Assembly (NCBI GenBank): GCA_030647415.1
Contig: JAUSKB010000023.1
Location: forward strand, 1-48,456
DNA from: a bacterium
GTDB taxonomy: Bacteria; Patescibacteriota; Minisyncoccia; UBA6257; GWB1-50-10
Direction: 5' to 3'
Length of the DNA stretch: 48,456 bases
Shown piece by piece: positions 9,319 to 18,436 of the stretch. The notes below the pieces were generated by a model. It saw only the letters and a list, made by a program, of their open reading frames with translations. It had not been told where the DNA came from and did no database searches. How positions within the stretch are numbered: position 1 is the stretch's first letter; the number at the start of each line of letters is the position of its first letter. Position numbers and translations under genes: made by a program.

Positions 9319-10581
9319 TTATTCGTACACGATGCGAAGCACCTCCTCGATTGTCGTCACGCCCTCCTGCGCCTTCATGAGGCCGTCTTCGATCATCGTT
9401 TTCATGCCGTGCTTCACGGCGACGGTCCTGATCTGCGCCGCATCTGCTCGGCCCACGATAAGCGGGCGGATCTCCTCATTCACGTCGAGCACTTCGTAGA
9501 TACCGATGCGGCCCTTGTAGCTTTTCTGGTCGCACTGCTCGCACCCAGGACCAGCCGTGTACACCTTGTCGATGAGAAGGCTCTTTGCGAGCGGCGCGAT
9601 GCTCTTGAGCTCTGCAAGATTCAGCTTCTTTTTGATGCGGCAGGAGGGGCAAACGACGCGGACCAGGCGTTGCGCGACGACGATGTTCACGGTGGAAGCC
9701 AAGAGGAACGGCGGCGCGCCCATGTCGGTGAGCCGCGGGAAGGTGGTCGCCGCATCATTCGTGTGGAGTGTGGAGAGCACGAGGTGGCCGGTCAGTGCCG
9801 CGTTCACGGCGATGCTCGCCGTCTCGTCGTCGCGAATCTCCCCCACCATGATGATGTTCGGGTCCTGCCGGAGGATGGAGCGCAGTCCCGAGGCGAAGGT
9901 GAACCCCGCCGACACGTTCACCGGCATCTGCGTGATGCCCTCGATGGAGTACTCGATGGGGTCCTCGATGGTGACGATGGAGGCGTCCCGGGTGTTCAGG
10001 AGCTTTATCATCGTGTAAAGCGTCGTCGTTTTTCCGGAGCCGGTCGGACCGTTCGTGAGAAGCATTCCGTACGGCTTCTTGATGGCGTAATCAAGCTGTT
10101 CGAGCTGGAGGGGGTTGAACCCAAGCTGTGCCAAACCGACTGATTTGTCGCTCGCCGCGAGGATGCGCATCACGCAGTTCTCGCCGTAGTAGGTCGGCGC
10201 AATCGAGACGCGGATGTCGATGTCGGATTCCCCGACGACCGGTCGGTCCTTCGCTCCCTTCGTCTCGGCAGGCACATGGACGCGAAACCGCCCGTCTTGC
10301 GGCACATGGTGGATGTCGGTCTTCAGCCCCGAGAGCACCTTGATGCGGGTAATGACCTCGGAGTGGATGCCCTTTGGCAACTCCACGTCGTCGTGCAGGA
10401 TACCGTCAATGCGCTCACGGACGAACACCCGGGTTTCCGCCGGGTCAATGTGGATGTCCGAGGCGCGTGCCGCGTAGGCGTGGCGCACGATGAGGTCCAC
10501 GAGCTTGATGACCGACACCTCCGCGTGCTCCTTCGCCACCTGTTCGGCAATCTGGGTCTTGAGTTCTAGAGCGTTCTCCAT
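9319..10581 (-). CDS. pilB: Pilus assembly ATPase PilB (GspE/PulE family)
   Basis: ASDIHID, PQDGRF, GPTGSGKTTT, TIEDPIE, LRQDPNIIMVGEIRD, TGHLVLSTLHTN, tetra-Cys, GRIGIYE. Confidence 0.95.
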   Translation of the reverse strand: MENALELKTQIAEQVAKEHAEVSVIKLVDLIVRHAYAARASDIHIDPAETRVFVRERIDGILHDDVELPKGIHSEVITRIKVLSGLKTDIHHVPQDGRFRVHVPAETKGAKDRPVVGESDIDIRVSIAPTYYGENCVMRILAASDKSVGLAQLGFNPLQLEQLDYAIKKPYGMLLTNGPTGSGKTTTLYTMIKLLNTRDASIVTIEDPIEYSIEGITQMPVNVSAGFTFASGLRSILRQDPNIIMVGEIRDDETASIAVNAALTGHLVLSTLHTNDAATTFPRLTDMGAPPFLLASTVNIVVAQRLVRVVCPSCRIKKKLNLAELKSIAPLAKSLLIDKVYTAGPGCEQCDQKSYKGRIGIYEVLDVNEEIRPLIVGRADAAQIRTVAVKHGMKTMIEDGLMKAQEGVTTIEEVLRIVYE

Positions 10582-10675
10582 GAATACGTACGTAGTATAG
10601 CACGTACGCGGACGTTTGACGTCCTTCGAACGTTAAACGTCCCACATATTGATCCGTCTGACGCCTCGCGTATAC

Positions 10676-10702
10676 AAAAACGGACCCCATTGGGGGGTCC
10701 GC
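10676..10702 (-). terminator. Terminator-like hairpin about 100 nt upstream of pilB
   Basis: Minus strand CGGACCCC...GGGGTCCG stem followed by TTTTT. Confidence 0.55.
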
Positions 10703-10803
10703 TCTACGCTGATTATTGGATGACTCACCGTAGAAACGTTCGTTGTATGCATGCCACTGCATTGCCGATGCCGGGGCGGCGTTGTAGAGTGTGAACAGTG
10801 AAT

Positions 10804-10874
10804 TGGGGGGTCGTCTAACGGTAGGACAGCGGCCTTTGAAGCCGTGAATTGGGGTTCGATTCCCTGCCCCCCAG
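10804..10874 (+). tRNA. tRNA-Gln (anticodon UUG), CCA not encoded
   Basis: Acceptor TGGGGGG/CCCCCCA, D arm GTC-TAACGGTAG-GAC, anticodon stem GCGGC/GCCGT with loop CTTTGAA, T loop GGTTCGATTCC. Confidence 0.95.
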
Positions 10875-11053
10875 CACCGATTTTGTTCGAGCGGAGCGAG
10901 AGTATAAAATCGAGTGCCCCGCCAACGGCGGGGCGTTCGAAAATCGAAGGGCGGAGCATGTGCAAATCAGCAGGGTACTGTCGTATCCATAGTATGTGTA
11001 AGTCATCTATCCTATTCCCGCCTCCATCCCGCTAATAGTGGTAGAATGAGTAC

Positions 11054-11374
11054 ATGCGTTCCTGGATCATCGCCATCTTCGCACTTCTCCTCACCGCCGT
11101 CCTCGGCGCGGGGACGGTATACCTGTACCAAATCGCGCCGGTCATCGGCGAAGCGAATCGGACGATTGCGGAGGCAAACTCGCTCATTGCCGAGGTGCAT
11201 TTGGCCCTCGAACAAGCAAACCGCGCCGTCGGTGCTGTCGCGCCGGTCGTAGAGGAAGCGCAGGAAACAATCAAGCGGGCGGAGGATGCCACCAACAAAG
11301 CGAACGCAGCTGTCGAAAACGCGCCCGCAGAAGCGCTCAAAAACATCCCCTTCCTGAATTGGTTCGTCCGGTAA
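11054..11374 (+). CDS. Small membrane-anchored helical protein, hypothetical
   Basis: N-terminal hydrophobic helix followed by Ala/Glu-rich heptads. Confidence 0.75.
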   Translation: MRSWIIAIFALLLTAVLGAGTVYLYQIAPVIGEANRTIAEANSLIAEVHLALEQANRAVGAVAPVVEEAQETIKRAEDATNKANAAVENAPAEALKNIPFLNWFVR

Positions 11375-11398
11375 CGGGATTTATCTGTTCTCCTCAAT

Positions 11399-11490
11399 AC
11401 ATTCGCGCTGGCGCGCTCAGTATCTCCTCACCTTTGTTCGTCGGCACATTCGCGCTGGTGCGCTCAGTATCTCCTCACCTTTGTTCGTCG
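11399..11490. repeat. Two tandem 45-bp copies (1 mismatch) covering the stop codon of the HI0933-family gene
   Basis: ACATTCGCGCTGG(C/T)GCGCTCAGTATCTCCTCACCTTTGTTCGTCG at 11399-11443 and 11446-11490. Confidence 0.85.
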
Positions 11491-12755
11491 ACCGCGCTTG
11501 AACCCGCCACGAAGCCGGTGGTCCAACAGAGCTGGAGACTGTACCCGCCGGACGGCCGGTCGATGTCGAGCACGTCGCCCACGAGGTAGAGGTTCGGAAC
11601 CTTCCGCGAGCGCATCGTTTTGAAATCAACCTCGGCGAGCGCAACGCCGCCCGAAGTAACCACCGCCCTCATGACGCCGAGGAGCCCCGTGACATGGAGT
11701 TCCAGCGCCTTCGCCTGCCGCACAAAACGCTCGCGCTCTTCGCGCGTCAAACTGTGGCAGGCGGTAGTGTCGCGGATGCCCGCCCGCTCCACGAGAATGG
11801 GGGCGAGAGCCGCGGGCACCAGGCCGCCCAGCACGTTTTTAAAGTGCCGGTTCTTCTCTGCGTCCACGATTTCGAGGACCTGGCGATCCAGCGCACCGTG
11901 GTCGAGTGAGGGGAAGAGGTCAAGTAACAGCGACACCTCCCCGTACTTCAGGAGCTCTCCGATATCCCGGCTCATATTCAGGACCATGGGGCCGCTCACG
12001 CCGAAATGTGTGAAGAGGAGCCGTCCTTTTTTTGAATCCTGCTTCACGCCATTCTGGACCACCGTGAGCTTCACATCCGGGAGCACCACGCCAGACAGGC
12101 GCCGCGCCCACACGTCGCCGAGTGACACGGGCACCAGCGCCGCTTCCTGTTCCGCGATCGTGTGGCCCATATCCGCAAGCCACCGGAAGCCATCCCCCGT
12201 CGAACCGGTCTCCGGCCGTGATTTCCCTCCCGTCGCGATGACGAACGACCGAGCACGAACGCTTCCTTTGTTTCGTACCCGCACCGCCTCGATAACGTCC
12301 CCGCGCCGTACGAATCCGGTGACGGCAGAATCGCATGACACCGTCACTTTCCCGCGTTTCAGGTATTTCACGAGCGCGTCACGCACCGATACGGCGCGAT
12401 TGCTCACGGGAAAAACCCGCAATCCCTCCTCCACTTTTGTCGGCACGCCGTTCGTGTGAAAAAAATCGAGCGTTTCCTTGACGCCAAACTGCGCGAACGC
12501 GGAAAAGAGGAACTGGTCGTTTTTCCTGAACTTCGAGAGAAATTTTCGCGTGTCGAGCTCCCCGTTCGTAAGATTGCACCGCCCGCCTCCCGTGATGAGG
12601 AGCTTCTTCCCGAGCTCGGGGTTTTGTTCGATGAGGAGCACTCGGGCGTCGAGCTCCGCCGCGCGTCCGGCCGCCATCATGCCCGCCGGCCCGCCACCTA
12701 TAACGATGACGTCCCACGGTCCCGCACTACTTCGCGATGTAGTCGCTTCATACAT
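11475..12755 (-). CDS. HI0933/BaiN-family NAD(P)/FAD-dependent oxidoreductase
   Basis: VIGGGPAGMMAA, GKKLLITGGGRCNLTN, ATGGKSRPETGSTGDG, LFTHFGVSGP, VTSGGV, GGYSLQ; start 12755 or 12770. Confidence 0.95.
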   Translation of the reverse strand: MYEATTSRSSAGPWDVIVIGGGPAGMMAAGRAAELDARVLLIEQNPELGKKLLITGGGRCNLTNGELDTRKFLSKFRKNDQFLFSAFAQFGVKETLDFFHTNGVPTKVEEGLRVFPVSNRAVSVRDALVKYLKRGKVTVSCDSAVTGFVRRGDVIEAVRVRNKGSVRARSFVIATGGKSRPETGSTGDGFRWLADMGHTIAEQEAALVPVSLGDVWARRLSGVVLPDVKLTVVQNGVKQDSKKGRLLFTHFGVSGPMVLNMSRDIGELLKYGEVSLLLDLFPSLDHGALDRQVLEIVDAEKNRHFKNVLGGLVPAALAPILVERAGIRDTTACHSLTREERERFVRQAKALELHVTGLLGVMRAVVTSGGVALAEVDFKTMRSRKVPNLYLVGDVLDIDRPSGGYSLQLCWTTGFVAGSSAVDEQR

Positions 12756-12799
12756 TTGTCCGGTCATCATATACCGTTTAGACAGGAGAGGAAACGCAG

Positions 12800-14689
12800 G
12801 TGTATAGTTGTTTTATGGGTTCCCTTGAAATCCCGCCAATGAACGAGCCAGAGGTGCCCTCCGGGGCGGAAACGACCGTACGCTCGGAACGCGCGGAAAA
12901 TCTCGCAACTCGATTCGAGCAGCGGGTCACCGGGGCGGCACAGCTCCTCCGGCAGGAAATCGAGCGAATCGTACCCGAGCCCGATGCGCGCGAGACGCTC
13001 CGGGAGCAGCTCGCCGAGCTGAAACGCGCCGCGAGCGAGTTCGCCGCCGCGCGGGAACCCGAGGTGGCGCTGAATCACCTCCTCGCCCTCGAGAGCGCGC
13101 GGGCGGGCATCGCGGACGTTCGCGCAACGCTCCCCGTGCCGGACGAGCACCGGGTCGTCGCTGACGCCCTCTTTCGCCACCTCGACGCCGTCCTAGAGTC
13201 GGCGCCGCTGCCCATCATGGGCGCGACGCCCGAAGAGAGCGCGCGGCAAGTGGACGCATTCGTCAAAACGCAGGCTGCCGCGCCGTACGCGAAAATCCTC
13301 AGTGAGGCCTCCGGGCGAGCGCAGAGCAGTACAGAGATCGCAGTGCGCTCCGTTCTCGAGCGCCTCTCGAACCGGATTCCGAGTGAGAAGCTCAACAGGC
13401 TCGTGGAGGCGGCGAGCAAGCTCTCCGGGCGGGCCGCGTTCGCGCTCTCCGCGCTCGGCGTCGGCATCCTCGCGCTCGGTAGCACCGCGGAAGCGGCTGT
13501 GGGCGACATCTCCGTGACGGACCACGCCGGGGAGCGAGGCATCGAGCTCCGGAATGGCGCCACTGGTGAGACCGTCCGGTTCGTCACCCTCATGGACCTC
13601 GACGCCCACCGAACGGAGCAGAACCCGTCGAACCCCCTCTTCGATCGGGTGAAGGAGGCTGATGTGAAAGTGTACGGCGTCGAATACTCGCTGGCGGACC
13701 CGGAGGCGTTCACGAACGCCGTCGTCGCCGACGCGAAATTCACGGCATCTGAGCTGGACGTGTCGCTCGACAAGGTCGGCCCGACGACCCTGTGTACTCT
13801 GGTGAGCCGGATGGTCGAGCGGCGGCTCGCGTACAACTATGCCGTACTGGAAAAAGATGAGAGCGGCCACACGACCCCCGCCGCCAAGGAGGAGGATGTC
13901 CGCATCTCAAAGATACCAATCGACGAGATGTACCTCTCGGGCGGCACGGGAGTGTGCCGACACTACGCGGCGCTCGTCGAGAAGGTCGGCGAAACCATCA
14001 TCGCCGAGGGTCTCGTGCCGTGGTGCGCCGGGGTCGCGTTCGACGAGGTGCAGAGCAACGAACTGACCCACGCCTGGAACGCGGTCTACCTGAACGCCGA
14101 CGGCGACGGGAAAACCGTCGCGGTCGCGTACCTAGACGCCACGTGGCACGACGCTGGGGATTCCGGCAGGTCCCGGTGGCCGCTCGATGCCCTCAACCCG
14201 GAGCACCCTTCGATTGCCGAGAGCGCACACCTGGTGCTGCCGCTCTCGCCCGACGAGCTCATCGAGGCGTACACCAAACTCACCCAGCTGGATTTGGGCG
14301 GCGTCGAGTCGCGCGTCATGCACGAGCGCGTGTTCGCGACATACTTCGAGAAGTACCGAGACATCCAGAAAAACGGCGACTCCGCTTCGCCCGAGGCAAC
14401 CGAAGTACTGACCGAAATGCGCAACTACGCGCTACAAATCGGAATCCTCGGCGATGGGAAGGAAAACCACCTCACCACCATCGCGCGGGAGCGGTACTTC
14501 AATGCGACGGAGAAGCTGATTGATATCTACCTCGCGCAGGGAAACATCGAGCAGGCTGCCGCCCTGATTGAGGAAGGGCTCTCGTTCGCCAACCTGCTCA
14601 AGGGCAAGTTCATCAACTGGGACTTCTACAAGCTCCGCCTCAATCAGGTCAAGGCCACGCTGACAACCGGCGCATCCCGAAGCGACTGA
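12800..14689 (+). CDS. Transglutaminase-like (Cys-His-Asp) domain protein with internal hydrophobic segment
   Basis: GVCRHYAAL, HAWNAV, YLDATW catalytic triad pattern; true start may be 12815 or 12839. Confidence 0.75.
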   Translation: MYSCFMGSLEIPPMNEPEVPSGAETTVRSERAENLATRFEQRVTGAAQLLRQEIERIVPEPDARETLREQLAELKRAASEFAAAREPEVALNHLLALESARAGIADVRATLPVPDEHRVVADALFRHLDAVLESAPLPIMGATPEESARQVDAFVKTQAAAPYAKILSEASGRAQSSTEIAVRSVLERLSNRIPSEKLNRLVEAASKLSGRAAFALSALGVGILALGSTAEAAVGDISVTDHAGERGIELRNGATGETVRFVTLMDLDAHRTEQNPSNPLFDRVKEADVKVYGVEYSLADPEAFTNAVVADAKFTASELDVSLDKVGPTTLCTLVSRMVERRLAYNYAVLEKDESGHTTPAAKEEDVRISKIPIDEMYLSGGTGVCRHYAALVEKVGETIIAEGLVPWCAGVAFDEVQSNELTHAWNAVYLNADGDGKTVAVAYLDATWHDAGDSGRSRWPLDALNPEHPSIAESAHLVLPLSPDELIEAYTKLTQLDLGGVESRVMHERVFATYFEKYRDIQKNGDSASPEATEVLTEMRNYALQIGILGDGKENHLTTIARERYFNATEKLIDIYLAQGNIEQAAALIEEGLSFANLLKGKFINWDFYKLRLNQVKATLTTGASRSD

Positions 14690-14708
14690 GCGTCCGGCAC
14701 AGACGAAA

Positions 14709-14738
14709 CGGCCGCCAGCCGAATCCGGCTGGCGGCCG
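14709..14738. terminator. GC-rich hairpin after the transglutaminase-like gene
   Basis: CGGCCGCCAGCCG-AATC-CGGCTGGCGGCCG 13-bp stem. Confidence 0.7.
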
Positions 14739-14759
14739 CTTTGCCGTGCACCCGAGACC

Positions 14760-14885
14760 CTACCGCACCGTGTTCGAGACCGTCGTCGTCGCCGTCACCC
14801 GGAAGCCGAATGACTTCAGGGCGCAGACTACCGCCGCCACGTCCCATAACCCCGCACTACTTCGCGATGTAGTCGGTTCACTCAT
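14760..14885 (-). pseudogene. 41-aa chimeric remnant: N-terminus of the HI0933 gene fused to C-terminus of the 15021-15887 gene
   Basis: Translates MSEPTTSRSSAGLWDV...LKSFGFRVTATTTVSNTVR*; compare MYEATTSRSSAGPWDV and LRSFGIRASATTTVSSTLP*. Confidence 0.75.
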
Positions 14886-14927
14886 TCGTCAGTCATCATA
14901 CCACACGCCCGGGCGCCGTCCGCCTTT

Positions 14928-14959
14928 ACACAACAGGCCGCTGGAGGCGGCCTGTTGTG
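14928..14959. terminator. Hairpin downstream of 15021-15887
   Basis: ACAACAGGCCGC-TGGAG-GCGGCCTGTTGT. Confidence 0.6.
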
Positions 14960-15020
14960 TATGCCTACTACATTGAGTGGTGAGTGGCTAAATCCTTCCA
15001 CTTTCGGCGGAAATTACTCC

Positions 15021-15887
15021 CTACGGTAGCGTACTCGAAACCGTCGTCGTGGCTGATGCTCGAATCCCGAAGGAGCGCAACCCCTTCATGATGGTCTCCG
15101 CGTCCTTCCGAGCCGTCTTCAGGTCATCTTCCCCCGCTTTGATTTTCACGCGGGCGTCCTGAAGCGCTTTCAAATTCGCCTGCATCATCGCCTGGTCGCC
15201 GTTGTCCGGCGAGAGGTTCGCGATAAGCGCGAGCGCGGCATTCGCCTGGATGGTAGCGTCCGCCGTCTTCACCTGCATGTCCGCAAGTGAGGTTTGGAGG
15301 GCAGAAACGTCCTTGCCGCTTGACGCCGCAGCAGAAATGCGGGTATCCAGCTTCATCGCAAGGTCCGATATAGATTTTGCGACGCTTGTGGTGCGCCCGG
15401 CAGCCGCCGTGATAGCCGCCTTCGGCATGACGAGCGCAAAGATGCGGTACAACTTTGTGATGGACTGGATGTCGCTCCGGAACGTCGCGGCATCCGTATC
15501 AGCATGGATCTTTGCCTTCAGGTCCGTGAGCTCCACGAGGTGCGCTTTGATTGAGGCATCGAGCGATCCCTTCTCATCGACACCGATGCGCTGCATCGCC
15601 TGGATGCGTGCATTCTGTTGCTCGAGCTTTGCGATTCGGCGGTCAATTTCCTGGTCAGCCCGCGCCGTCGCACGCGCTTTGAGATCTGCTTTGATATTGG
15701 TTCGCGCGCCGGTCTCAAACTCCACCTTCACGCCCCCCACCCGAACGGGGCCGTTCACGTCCACATTCGCCTTCAGACCACCACCCACATCCGTCACCTC
15801 GGCAAGCGCCGGAAACGCGATGCCGCCGACGAGCGCCACCGCGATGGAGAATGCAAAAAATGATTTTGTATAAAAAATGTTTTTCAT
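15021..15887 (-). CDS. Secreted alpha-helical/coiled-coil hypothetical protein
   Basis: Signal peptide ending PALA|E; long Ala/Lys/Asp-rich helical body. Confidence 0.8.
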   Translation of the reverse strand: MKNIFYTKSFFAFSIAVALVGGIAFPALAEVTDVGGGLKANVDVNGPVRVGGVKVEFETGARTNIKADLKARATARADQEIDRRIAKLEQQNARIQAMQRIGVDEKGSLDASIKAHLVELTDLKAKIHADTDAATFRSDIQSITKLYRIFALVMPKAAITAAAGRTTSVAKSISDLAMKLDTRISAAASSGKDVSALQTSLADMQVKTADATIQANAALALIANLSPDNGDQAMMQANLKALQDARVKIKAGEDDLKTARKDAETIMKGLRSFGIRASATTTVSSTLP

Positions 15888-15895
15888 GGAGTTGA

Positions 15896-16183
15896 TTACA
15901 GATTTTCCTGTTTTACCGGCGTGTCACTCAAGCTCTCATCGACCGCTGCGGAATCGGAACCGAGCGCATTGAGCTGTGCGTCGATGGACGCCATGTCCTG
16001 CTCGATGCTCGCACCCGACGGGTTCTGCGGCACCGGCGGCGTAATTCCTATTTCGGGCGCCGGCGGAACATCCGTGGCAGTGCCGGGAGCGTAGGCATTT
16101 TGGCTCCTCATAAACCACCAGAGGCCAACAACTACGACCACGACCACACTAACTATGACGGCTGTCTTTACGGTTCGTGACAT
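15896..16183 (-). CDS. Small single-pass membrane protein, hypothetical
   Basis: Val-rich TM helix, Pro-rich linker; 8 nt from next gene. Confidence 0.75.
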   Translation of the reverse strand: MSRTVKTAVIVSVVVVVVVGLWWFMRSQNAYAPGTATDVPPAPEIGITPPVPQNPSGASIEQDMASIDAQLNALGSDSAAVDESLSDTPVKQENL

Positions 16184-16284
16184 GTAAACATTCTACCAGA
16201 TACGGTTACTGGCGAGAAGGTTGCGCAAAATGCAAAAAACACGCATACTAAGCTCCCATCCCGATATGATATCGGGATATATTC

Positions 16285-17826
16285 ATGCAGACCGACGAAG
16301 TCATCATCCGATTCAATGCCGTCTCATTCGAGTATGGCCACACAAAGCCCATTCTCACCGCGGCGACTTTTTCGGTCCGCCGAGGGGCGAAGGTGGCGCT
16401 CATGGGCCAGAACGGTGCCGGGAAGACAACTATATTCCAGCTTATCACCGGCACCCTTAAGCCGGAAACTGGTTCCATCGCCGTCGCGGGAGACCTCACC
16501 ATGGCGACCGCGCGGCAGGTCATCCCCCGTGACCAGCTCAACTGGACCGTCCGCGAGTTCTTTGAGGCCGCCTTCTCAAAAAAGGTGTACGACATCGACC
16601 CCCGCATTGACCGCATCCTCGACGTGGTGCATCTCGCGGCCCCGCATGACCGCACGCTCCGGGGTTTTTCGGGCGGTGAGCAGGCGCGCCTCCTCCTCGC
16701 CTACGCGCTCATCCAGGACCCGGACCTCCTCCTCCTCGACGAGCCGACAAATAACCTCGATACGGCGGGTATAGAGCATCTCACCAAGTTCCTCGTGGAG
16801 TATAAAAAAACCTGCATCGTTATCTCGCACGATGCCGAATTCCTGAACGCCTTCACGGCGGGCGTCCTCTACCTCGAATCTGCGACTCGCGCGGTAGAGC
16901 AGTACGTGGGGAACTACCTTACCGTCGTCGCGGACATCACCGCACGGCTCGATCGCGAACGGATGAAGAACGCCCGGCTCTCGCAGGATATCGAGAACCG
17001 AAAGGAGCAGGCAAACTTCTTCGGTCAGAAAGGCGGCCACATGCGCGATGTGGCGCGGAAGATGCGTGAAAAAATCGAGGAACTTGAGGGCGAGGTGGTG
17101 AATGTGCGCCAGGAGGACAAGACCATCCGGAACTTCGTCATCCCCTGTGAGGACGAGATCACTGGTGTCATTCTTACACTCACCTCCGTCACGGTCATGG
17201 AGGGCCACGAGACGACCACCCGGCCGGTGGTAATCGAGCTCCGGCGAAAGGAGCGCCTCCTCCTCGCGGGGCCAAACGGCATCGGTAAGACCACGCTCCT
17301 CGAGCGGCTCGCGAGCGGCCATGCGACTGGCGAGCACATCGCGCGAGGGACGCGCGTCGGCTACTACCGCCAGGACTTCTCGACCCTCGACTTCGACGCG
17401 ACGGTCTACCGCGCACTCGTGGACGTCGCGACACACGTGAGTGAGCAGGAGCTCCGCTCCATGGCCGCCGGCTTCCTCATTGACGAGCGCATCATGAAGA
17501 CGCGCATCGGCGACCTCTCGGAGGGGCTGAAGGGTCTCGTGGCATTTGCCCAGCTTGTTCTCCTCCGCCCCGGCCTCCTTTTCCTCGACGAGCCCACGAA
17601 CCACATCAACTTCCGGCACCTGCCCGTCATCGCGAAGGCCCTCGACCGCTACGATGGCGCGATGGTGCTTGTGAGCCACGTCCCGGACTTCGTCTCCAAA
17701 ATCCGCATCGACCAGACGCTCGACCTCGGAACACTTCCAAAAACCCCAACCGCCCCGAAATATGCCGAGCAACCAAAAATGAAAAATGCACCAGCCAAGA
17801 AGCGGGCGGGAAAAGCGCAAAAGTAG
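16285..17826 (+). CDS. ABC-F family ribosome-associated ATPase
   Basis: Two NBDs (GQNGAGKTT/FSGGE/LLLDEPTNNLD; GPNGIGKTT/FLDEPTNH), helical linker, no TM segments. Confidence 0.92.
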   Translation: MQTDEVIIRFNAVSFEYGHTKPILTAATFSVRRGAKVALMGQNGAGKTTIFQLITGTLKPETGSIAVAGDLTMATARQVIPRDQLNWTVREFFEAAFSKKVYDIDPRIDRILDVVHLAAPHDRTLRGFSGGEQARLLLAYALIQDPDLLLLDEPTNNLDTAGIEHLTKFLVEYKKTCIVISHDAEFLNAFTAGVLYLESATRAVEQYVGNYLTVVADITARLDRERMKNARLSQDIENRKEQANFFGQKGGHMRDVARKMREKIEELEGEVVNVRQEDKTIRNFVIPCEDEITGVILTLTSVTVMEGHETTTRPVVIELRRKERLLLAGPNGIGKTTLLERLASGHATGEHIARGTRVGYYRQDFSTLDFDATVYRALVDVATHVSEQELRSMAAGFLIDERIMKTRIGDLSEGLKGLVAFAQLVLLRPGLLFLDEPTNHINFRHLPVIAKALDRYDGAMVLVSHVPDFVSKIRIDQTLDLGTLPKTPTAPKYAEQPKMKNAPAKKRAGKAQK

Positions 17827-17892
17827 GCGGGAGAAATAATAACAAAAACAAACCGCCGTGCTTGAAGCAACGGCGGGTACTCTTAGCACATA

Positions 17893-18195
17893 TCAAAAAA
17901 GGTTATAGATCTTTCGGAGCGCCTTCTTGAAATTCTCACCATCACAGAGGGTGTGCTCGTAAGCAGCTAGTGCCTCGTTGAATGTTTTCGCGGCTTTGAT
18001 ATTCTTCAGTGAGAGTTCGTTCCACTTCGCAAGTGCCGCTTGTTTTTCCTCGGTGCCTCTCTGGGCATTTTCATAGGCGTCCCACGCCTCTTTAATCGTT
18101 CTTGCGGAACAGGGTTTCAGTGGTATACCAAGCATTTCCTTGAAAAACACTGCGGGTATCCCCGTTCTTTTGGAAATTTTCTGTAGATCTTTCAT
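17893..18195 (-). CDS. Hypothetical helical protein, AT-rich
   Basis: SD AAGGGAG before ATG; TTGACA-18-TAGCTT upstream; composition differs from neighbours. Confidence 0.7.
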   Translation of the reverse strand: MKDLQKISKRTGIPAVFFKEMLGIPLKPCSARTIKEAWDAYENAQRGTEEKQAALAKWNELSLKNIKAAKTFNEALAAYEHTLCDGENFKKALRKIYNLF

Positions 18196-18366
18196 TTGAC
18201 ATCTCCCTTATATTAGGTTGAATTCATCTGGGTATAAGCTAGCATATTTCTATGCAATTTGTCAAATTTTCTCGCCTCGTGGGCGCGGTACTGCTTCAGG
18301 TATGACTAGAGGAGCTGTATGGTGTAAGGAGTAGGGCGAATATACCACAGATCCGAGCGGACAAGG

Positions 18367-18396
18367 CTGGGTGCTATGCTATAGCATAGCACCCAG
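18367..18396. repeat. Perfect 30-bp palindrome
   Basis: CTGGGTGCTATGCTA|TAGCATAGCACCCAG. Confidence 0.85.
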
Positions 18397-18436
18397 AGTG
18401 GCATACGAGCGGGCGGGATGAGGGACGTGTGTCCAC

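Noticed and set aside
10804-14700. Integrative element at tRNA-Gln
   Set aside because: No integrase and no duplicate of the tRNA 3' end found
16576-17889. 437-aa minus-strand ORF (likewise 33829-35049, 7812-8636, 13193-13870)
   Set aside because: Antisense to well-supported genes; no motifs of their own
18275-18300. Possible tRNA 3'-end fragment (att site) near the AT-rich gene
   Set aside because: No T-loop TTCGA or cloverleaf; match too short
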